From the IMG/VR virus record IMGVR_UViG_3300029656_000140: 64,000 nucleotides of DNA; one strand, written 5' to 3'. The notes beneath the pieces are model-generated. The model did no database searches. It saw only the letters and a list, made by a program, of their open reading frames with translations, and was not told where the DNA came from. Numbering within the stretch: position 1 is the stretch's first letter; every line of letters begins with the position of its first letter. This DNA is from a virus. Its lineage: Duplodnaviria > Heunggongvirae > Uroviricota > Caudoviricetes. Position numbers and translations under genes: made by a program. Of the stretch, positions 19,701 through 26,500 are shown in pieces.

Positions 19701-20146
19701 TTCTGATTCATCTGCTGCTCTGCCGCTGCGACTTTTGCAGTCAGATCCGATTTTGCATTCTCCACACGCGCAGTCACACGGTTTTCTGTCTCGGACAGGC
19801 TGGTGTTTACCTTACTTTCTGTGCTGGAGAGACTTTCATTGATACGGCCTTCCGTGTCGGATACATTTTTGTTGATCCGGTTTTCTGTTTCCGAAAGCTC
19901 TGAGCGGATATCTTCGGCCGTCTGGGTCAGATGCTCCTCTGCCTCTGCGATCTGCTCACTATGCAGGCTGAACAGGCTCCAATACTTCTCATCACTCAGA
20001 GCCGTTCCTTTCGGCACTGGAAGATTGGAGATAAAACTGTTGCCGCTGTCTGCATCCAGTACGATCTGCAGCTCTTCATATTCTTTCCGGATGTCCCATT
20101 CGCCTGCATGTTTGGGAACGATCCGGCGGCCTGTGTATTTTGCCAT
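16748..20146 (-). CDS. large tail fibre / receptor-binding protein (1132 aa) with C-terminal SGNH hydrolase domain
   Basis: The N-terminus (AKYTGRRIVPKHAGEWD) is paralogous to 14251-16614. The C-terminal domain carries KILVIGDSVTDG and a catalytic His in HPNNYAH. Confidence 0.75.
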   Translation of the reverse strand: MAKYTGRRIVPKHAGEWDIRKEYEELQIVLDADSGNSFISNLPVPKGTALSDEKYWSLFSLHSEQIAEAEEHLTQTAEDIRSELSETENRINKNVSDTEGRINESLSSTESKVNTSLSETENRVTARVENAKSDLTAKVAAAEQQMNQNAQNVAQTNKALNARMDQIAKGRTSDTEVLDARVDSEGNTFENLGAAIRSIYPKAKEGLDALQESKVDANYDATGELTEGITVNTINGETQKFEHVQTTALIPVDTACQKVYYTGQVFNWIGVAGYDANGTFVASILDSRDTEQPQEYKEKELEIPEGVFQIRASSYAKDLSLKVCGESVKLWNQVQKERQNQKKMAIEIEALRSADDALAKETMTSLDLPFLYPGVSNIWEGSSPVLQTYYVPLTVLQSSFVQEIQFTLRTIGETILTAMLESEEGEVFRQTVELVKGDNKIVLLLHRFIDEGAYRLRVRSTDKVLYYPVRPSTGKEICNDFFSNEPSGNVEYDYKNRQIVFMGKILIGTGKVDTTLSYSGMAADAAVVGQAFKDEREYTDTLASGKLDAVHSRNLLDPSRYRPGWFAFVHSSIIQYHADNLRYGSTDYIPVSEKGLVTKGSGTNGVTSQVVFDKAKKVLRYVDANDQYTYQEGDAYVMFFYMASSGQKLCVVEGTEYVYEAYTDYKPLDDLKQEVNSLQTEADNQKKQLTDLTTRLDQLVAVPEKKDLRLVPVAPVYTVCNNLSTARNYHVSVWVDHLIAETGWKDRAAGFGTEMEERFDLYSPFTNTAVNSGEDVLEQTVEKSFVSDVYKTQKLKFKHRSTLASMGKNQFPKILVIGDSVTDGYLAGVGKTDADLPTHYWSWVRYLFDLDRKDAKAAETEYRCLMVGMPGTVNGKHYGSSSSFKLDGKTVVNYAMGKGGWSAEDLNLATFESASNINPFYDEKTKGFSLKACLDKYRTLADNGMTRLIPGETAGTEVKDANAYDLCTPTHVVINLNHNSSLAEYKANIPDIVKTIKREYPDIIVILMSIDETGTYFPAKYPEYRASEITLGGLHSKNVSIYQYFCDELQDEANGVYVCSGHLIQPAVESYPTLDYVSADSVGRQSGRVLHMAYGRGQYGGPNWHPNNYAHCAWGYQLYALVKYTLALQDMK

Positions 20147-20166
20147 ATTACCCCTTTCTGTCAGCC

Positions 20167-20847
20167 TTACACTGACACATCATCCTCGCCATATTCCACG
20201 ACCAGATGTCCTTCTTCATCGGTTGTGAATATCAGCCCAAGGTCGCATTTTGTTTCAAATGCAAAATAGCCATCCTCCGTGATCGATCCTTCCACGATTT
20301 CACGGCACAGCTTTTCTACGGAACTGGACTCCGATCTATCACTCAGTCCCAGACCGTCATCCGACTCAAAGCCAAAGCAGCCTGCCTTGTCTATAAACAG
20401 ATTTCGGATGCCATCCCGAACAGCTTTCAGGAATGCTGCAAATGTGTAAGTGGCGATCTTGCCGTTATTGATAGCCGCCCTCTCCACCTTTAACGTAAGA
20501 GAGAAGGAGCCAAGGACATCACCTTCTGTGCTGAGCATAACAACATCCAGCGGAAAACGTCCGGCCTGCGCCGTCATGAAGGTCGTGATCGTAAAGAGGA
20601 CTGCCCCCTTCTCAACGAATACAAGGTCTGGCGCAGTTTCACTCGTGTAATGGAAGATCGTGCCGTCCGGCCGGGTACCGGAACAGGCCACAATACAATT
20701 CTGCGGCACGGTATATTCCACAGAGTTGTTATACAAAACACAGCGAACTTTTCTCGCCTTGTTGTCATACTGCTTGACCGGAACCGTCACCGGGATCAGA
20801 TTCTCCGTCAGCGACAATTCCACTTCCTGATAAATGCCTGTGACCAT
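20167..20847 (-). CDS. phage tail/baseplate protein (BppU-like?)
   Basis: The position between Tal and the fibres suggests a tail role. I recognise no strong motif. Confidence 0.45.
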   Translation of the reverse strand: MVTGIYQEVELSLTENLIPVTVPVKQYDNKARKVRCVLYNNSVEYTVPQNCIVACSGTRPDGTIFHYTSETAPDLVFVEKGAVLFTITTFMTAQAGRFPLDVVMLSTEGDVLGSFSLTLKVERAAINNGKIATYTFAAFLKAVRDGIRNLFIDKAGCFGFESDDGLGLSDRSESSSVEKLCREIVEGSITEDGYFAFETKCDLGLIFTTDEEGHLVVEYGEDDVSV

Positions 20848-22769
20848 TACGAGCTCCCTCCTTCCTGATCCGTCTCCTTATTATCTGTTTCCTCTTTGTT
20901 TTCCGTATCCTTATCTTCACTACCCGGCTTTTCGGTATCCGGGGTTTCAGGCTCGGTCGGTGTGGACGGTTCCGTTGGCTCTGGATCAGGTTCTTCCGGT
21001 TCATATCCAATCGTCTGCCACTGTTCTCCATCCCACAGTTTTAACCGAAGGTTCTTCTTATCGACCCAGAAGGAATCCTCTGCCGGATCTTCCGGCGCAC
21101 TTTCGGACACAGGGATATACGGCTGATACTTCGCATCCAGTTCCTTCTGCAAATCATCTGAGATTTCCGTGAGGGTGCTGTACCGCCTATCCAGTTCCTC
21201 ATACAGTTCTTTGGACAGCTTCTTTGCCGTTTCATACCGCTGATCGAGCGTTTTCTGAAGTTCTGCAGAAATAGCGGTCGCTGTTTTGTACCGCTCATCC
21301 AGTTCCTCCAGCAACTCCTCGGAAAGCTCGGCTGCTTTCTTGTAACGGTCGTCCAGTTCCTTGAGTGTCTGCTCCAGCAGGATTGCTGTTTTGACTGCGG
21401 AATCATCTGACTCCCAGCCATATCCCCATGTCTTCCCGCCATCTGTGGAAACAAAAAATCCGGCCGGGCTATTCTTCCACGCAACCGTTGACTGTTTCAG
21501 AGTTGCTGCGTTGAATGCGTACCGAGTCGTATTCCCCTTACTGTCCGTCTCATTTTTATAATGAAGGCCGAACAGTGCAGCAAACAACGCACCATCATAG
21601 ATAATGGAGGCCGAAATGCCGCCCATCTGCTCTCCCACTGCTGTTTCCACACGGACTGCGGTATCGTATGCGGCGGTTGCTGTATTTCGGATACTGTTAA
21701 GGGAGCTTGTCAGGGAGGAATTTCGGCTGCTGACCGTAGAATTCGACAGCGTGATGCTGTTATACCGTTCCAAAAGCGAGTCATATTCGGTTTCTGTAAC
21801 CTTGGAACTGGCTTCAATGCCCAGCTTCGAAATATACACATGAACCGTATCACAGAGCGAGACCTGTTCTGCCTGTACAACATCCTCATATCCGGGTGTA
21901 TTCCAAAGCTGAATGAAGTCGATTTTAATGTCGACCTCCGGCTCTGTCAGGCTGGTCGTATCAATATAGTCCTGTGCATACTCTCGCAAAGCCGCTTCCG
22001 ATGGCTTTTCCTGAAAGGCACTGGTGCAGTCCAGCACCGTAATCTTCTGATACGGCACAGATTTTCGGCTGACCATGACCACTTTTTCTGGCAGTTCCAT
22101 AACCACCTGCGTTTCGTTGTCTACCCAGTACGGATGCACTCCTGTAATGGTATTCTCGATGGATTTCTCCATCTTGAAATCCGTCAGATTTTTGCCGTAG
22201 ACGATATGAACGTTGTGGTCCGCACCTCTGGCTCTGTGAAACTTGACTGTGTAGCGGTCCCACTCGAACTCTCCTCCAAAAGTATCCAATACCGAACCAT
22301 CCATACCGCCCAGACAGTTACGGAAAGATGCCGGAACGGACACAGTAAACATCGCACTGGATGCCACATCTGTCCAAACTGAGAACGGACAGTCGGAAGC
22401 CGCATGGCTTTTCAGCCCCTGCACCGCTCCTGCGCACCCACTCACTGAGAACGGGGAAACTGTAATAAAGTTGAGCTGATAGGAAATATGCCGTGCCTGA
22501 ACTTCCAGCTTTCCATCGATCGGAGTCGTGATCTTGTAGATTCGGAACGGCTGCGGCTGCATCGTATCAGATGGTTTGGCAAGGATGACGTTTCCCTCCT
22601 CCAGCATCTCTGCATGGATGCCATCTGCCGGACAGATGAGCTTCAGCTCATAGCTGCCGTTTCGTTTTTCAGTCACGGTACAAGACTGTGCATCTGCCAG
22701 CTTTCCAATGCCGTTATTATCAAATTTCATTTCTCTGGAATCATATAAACATGGGATCACTGGCTGCAC
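20847..22769 (-). CDS. tail-associated lysin / tail endopeptidase (Tal) N-terminal-domain protein with a C-terminal coiled-coil repeat and acidic tail
   Basis: It follows Dit. The C-terminus carries ~5 ELDxRY heptad repeats and a PEEPDPEPTEPSTP...DQEGGSS tail. The ORF-track start at 22769 is GTG with the RBS too close, so the true start is probably the GTG at 22760. Confidence 0.7.
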   Translation of the reverse strand: MQPVIPCLYDSREMKFDNNGIGKLADAQSCTVTEKRNGSYELKLICPADGIHAEMLEEGNVILAKPSDTMQPQPFRIYKITTPIDGKLEVQARHISYQLNFITVSPFSVSGCAGAVQGLKSHAASDCPFSVWTDVASSAMFTVSVPASFRNCLGGMDGSVLDTFGGEFEWDRYTVKFHRARGADHNVHIVYGKNLTDFKMEKSIENTITGVHPYWVDNETQVVMELPEKVVMVSRKSVPYQKITVLDCTSAFQEKPSEAALREYAQDYIDTTSLTEPEVDIKIDFIQLWNTPGYEDVVQAEQVSLCDTVHVYISKLGIEASSKVTETEYDSLLERYNSITLSNSTVSSRNSSLTSSLNSIRNTATAAYDTAVRVETAVGEQMGGISASIIYDGALFAALFGLHYKNETDSKGNTTRYAFNAATLKQSTVAWKNSPAGFFVSTDGGKTWGYGWESDDSAVKTAILLEQTLKELDDRYKKAAELSEELLEELDERYKTATAISAELQKTLDQRYETAKKLSKELYEELDRRYSTLTEISDDLQKELDAKYQPYIPVSESAPEDPAEDSFWVDKKNLRLKLWDGEQWQTIGYEPEEPDPEPTEPSTPTEPETPDTEKPGSEDKDTENKEETDNKETDQEGGSS

Positions 22770-22775
22770 CTCCCC

Positions 22776-23552
22776 TCAGAGCGTCCACCAACGGGGAATG
22801 ACTTCCACCGCCGTGATACCGCCTGTCCATGTGATCTGTGTCTTTCCCTCCGGCAGTTCTGGGAAGTCATCCGAAAGGATGGTCTCATTGCAGAAGCCGG
22901 AAGCGTTGTAAGCGTTGTGCGTCTCACAGTTGAGCAGCACATAGTCTTTGATGCTGTGGATGGTGATCTTCTCTTCCCCCACATACAGCTCGCCGCCACT
23001 GTCTCCGTAAACCTTGAAGATGGGCTGTGCAGGAAAAGCGAAGGGGTTCTTTAAGGTCGACCTGCCATCCAGCCGGATTTTCCGCTGCCCGTCCACGCTC
23101 CACCTCTGGGGCTTACAGTTAAATGCCAGCTCCATCTCAGCGGCTTTCTGAGCAGTCACATCAAAAGCAAGGGCATCCTTGCAGACCGCCATCCGAAAGA
23201 AATCCGGGTCGTAGGTATCCTGCAATTTCTGATACCCCACCGGCGACAGAAGCCATGCCTTGACTGCTGCTGTCTTAGCTGGCAGTCCGTTGAAGAAAAA
23301 AGCTTTATACTTGATATCCACGTTCTGATATCTGCGGCGGCCTGCCTTTGCATTCTCGGTGAGGATGTCTCCGTTCCTGCCGGGTACGGAGGTGCTCTCC
23401 ACATCCGCAGCCGGGGAATCATATACACCGGGACCAGACAAATATAATAGGAAATCTTTGCTGGACTTCCCGGCAAACGACAGATACTGTCTGGCATATC
23501 TGTCTTTTAACTGAAACTGTGATACTGTTTGCTTTGGGGTGTTATAGCCCAT
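22776..23552 (-). CDS. distal tail protein (Dit)
   Basis: Placed between the tape measure and Tal, with a siphovirus Dit-like sequence. ATG at 23552 has RBS spacing 8. The ATG at 23558 is too close to the RBS. Confidence 0.8.
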   Translation of the reverse strand: MGYNTPKQTVSQFQLKDRYARQYLSFAGKSSKDFLLYLSGPGVYDSPAADVESTSVPGRNGDILTENAKAGRRRYQNVDIKYKAFFFNGLPAKTAAVKAWLLSPVGYQKLQDTYDPDFFRMAVCKDALAFDVTAQKAAEMELAFNCKPQRWSVDGQRKIRLDGRSTLKNPFAFPAQPIFKVYGDSGGELYVGEEKITIHSIKDYVLLNCETHNAYNASGFCNETILSDDFPELPEGKTQITWTGGITAVEVIPRWWTL

Positions 23553-23566
23553 ACGCATCTCCTCCT

Positions 23567-26500
23567 TTACTTGAAGACCGAATCATCCTCATGGATCATG
23601 CCGTTGATCTTATCCGCAACGGTCTGTGCGAGTTCATCGTCGTTCCGGGCATTATAACCGTTGACTGTGATATACACACCGCCAAGGTTGGTCGTCCGGG
23701 TGGTGCCACCTCCGGCCAGAGCCGCCTGCGGGAAGTTCCAACCGGAGCCATCGAAATGTGGCAAAGTCAGTTCCGGCAGACTGAAGGAGCTGATGCCCTC
23801 CATACCCTGCTGTACCTTTGCTGCCATCGACCTGATCTGGCTGATCAGTCCGCCTTCGCCTTTCTTGATGCCGCCGGAAAGCAGCTTCATGAAGTCGGGC
23901 ATATAGGTGTCGGCATCTGCCAGCGGTCCTTCATCCGGCACAGAGAAGTGCAAGAATGAGCGGATGCCATTTGCCACACTCTTGACCGCATTGCCGACCC
24001 AGCTCACGCCTTTCTTGATACCGCCCGCGATACCGCCAACGATGTCCTTGCCCCAGCTGACTGCCGAAGAAGCCACGTTCTTGATACCACCCCAGATGGA
24101 CGATGCCACATTGCCAATAGCCGATGCCGCATTGGAGATACCATTCTTAATGACATTCACACCATTCGAGAATGCCGACGTAACCTTGTTCCAGATATTT
24201 GTGACACCTTCCCGGAAGCCATCGCAGTTTTTCCAGAGAGCGGTAAGTCCAAGACCGATGCCGCCAACGGCTGCCACTGCGATACCTGCAGGACCCGCCA
24301 AGCCGGCAAGTGCTGTGCCTGCGGATGCGAGGAACCCACCTGCGGAGCTTGCTACGCCTGCAAGGGCTGTACCCGCGCCAGCGGCCAGACCGGATACAGT
24401 CGTACCCACAGATCCGAGCAGACCGGAAAGCGTTGTGCCGACTGTCCCGGCAATACCGCCCAGCGAAGAACCGATAGATGATACGATACCGGAAAGACTG
24501 CCGCCTAAGCCGCCGATCTTCGACACTACACCGGAAAGCAGCCCACCCAGATTCGACAGGATTCCCCCACCGCTGGAGCCAAGGCTTCCCAGCTTCGAGA
24601 TGATGCCGGAGATTCCCTCTCCCAGACCGCCCATTTTGGAGGTCAGCCCAGAGATCAGATTGCCAAACTTCGACACGATCTGACCTCCATCTGCACTGCC
24701 GATCTTCGACAAGAAATCTCCGATGTTGGACAACAGACCACCGCCGTTCTCTGTACCGAGGACATTGCCAAGGTTCTGCATCGTATTTCCGAGATTTCCG
24801 ATGGTGTTCTTCATGGAGCCGAGCTTGTCCACTAGACCCGTGACCGTATTGACCGTGTCACCGACCTTGCTGATGCCGTTGCCCAGGCTCTTTAGGAAAT
24901 CCGAGTTGAAGGTATCGCCAAGACTGCGGATCGCATTTCCAAGAGAACTGGTCTGAGAACTCAGCTCTCCAACGGAATCCTTCATATCCGCAAAGCCCTG
25001 CTTCACTTCATCGCTCATGCCGCCGACTGCGGTTTTGGTGATACCCTGCAGGTCAGTCCAGATCTGCTGGAACTGTGTTTTCAGACCGGAAAGCCCGGAC
25101 ATCAACTGGGACTGGATACCGCTGCCCACATCCCTTGCAGCACTACCGATACCGCTCTGACTTTTCTTGATCGTGGTAGCAAAACTGCCGACCACGGAAT
25201 CCATCCAGTCGCCCAGAGAATCTACCGGGGTCGTGAGGTTGTTGCTCATAGACCCGGCTAGTCCCTGCACGGCTTTCACCACCGACTTGACATTTTTCTT
25301 AATGCCGGTCGCCAGCAGCTTCATGAAGTCCGGCATATAGGTATCTGCATCAGACAGAGGTCCTTCATCTGGTACAGAGAAATGCAGCAGGCTTCTGACC
25401 CTGCTTGCGACATTTTCTGCCGCTGCGATCACGGAACCGGCTGCTGCCCGGACACCTGACGCCATCTGGGAACAGATATCTGCACCCCAGCGGTATGCCG
25501 AAGAAGCAATCGAACCGAGCGAGTTAAAGCTACTCCTGATGCTTGCAACACCAGAAGAAACCGTGCTGCGCAGGCTGGACATTGCCGAAGACACCGTAGA
25601 CTTGATGCTGTTGAAGGCAGAGGTCGTGGTAGATTTCAGTGTGTTCCAGCCGCTTGTGACCGTACTGCGAACTGCGGATACAGAGGAAGCTGTAAGACTC
25701 TTGATGCTGTTCCATGCAGTCGTGATGACTGTTTTGATACCATTCCAGCTGGTATTTGTCAGGTTTTTCACCGCATTCCATGCGCTGGTCATGGACGTTT
25801 TTACAGAAGCGCTCGCAGAGGTGGTAAGGGATTTAATCCCGTTCCACGCTGTGGTAATGACCGTTTTAATTCCGTTCCAGCTGGTCGTTGTCAGCGACTT
25901 CACCGCATTCCATGCACTGGTCATGGACGTTTTCACTGCTGCTGTCGCAGAGGTCACATTGGATTTCACCGCCGAGAAGCTGTTCTGGATACTGGACTTG
26001 ATGGTATTCCATGTGCTGGCGGTACTGGTCGTAATGGAACTCCATGCGGATCTCATCGCAGCACTTACACCTGCCGTTCCGGTTTTCACCGTCTGGCTGA
26101 TGGCTGCCCAGCTCTTACTGTATGCCTGCTCCACACCCCTCATGGAGTTGGTGATGGAGGTAGACAGCGTGGTGGACAGGTTCTCCGCCGCCGCAGTCAC
26201 AAGGCTGGTGTTGGTCGTGATACCGTTTGCCAGACCCTGCATGAAGTCCGGCATCCAGCTTTCCATATCTGCCAGAGGTCCTTCATCCGGCACAGAGAAG
26301 TGCAGGAAGGAACGGATACGGTCTGCCACTCCCGATACAGCACTTGCCACATCTTGAATCCTCGACTGGATACCGGACACAATGTTGCCGATCATGTCAG
26401 AGCCCCACGAGAACGCCTGTCCAGCCAGACCCTTGATAAAGGAAACTGCACTGTTAAAACCGTTCGTGATGGTGGACTTGATACCGGAAATCGTAGAGGA

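Noticed and set aside
23887-26320. Possibility that the repeated ~85-bp elements are a CRISPR or other non-coding array
   Set aside because: They are in frame inside the tape measure ORF and encode a conserved peptide. The spacing is irregular (0.9-1.4 kb).
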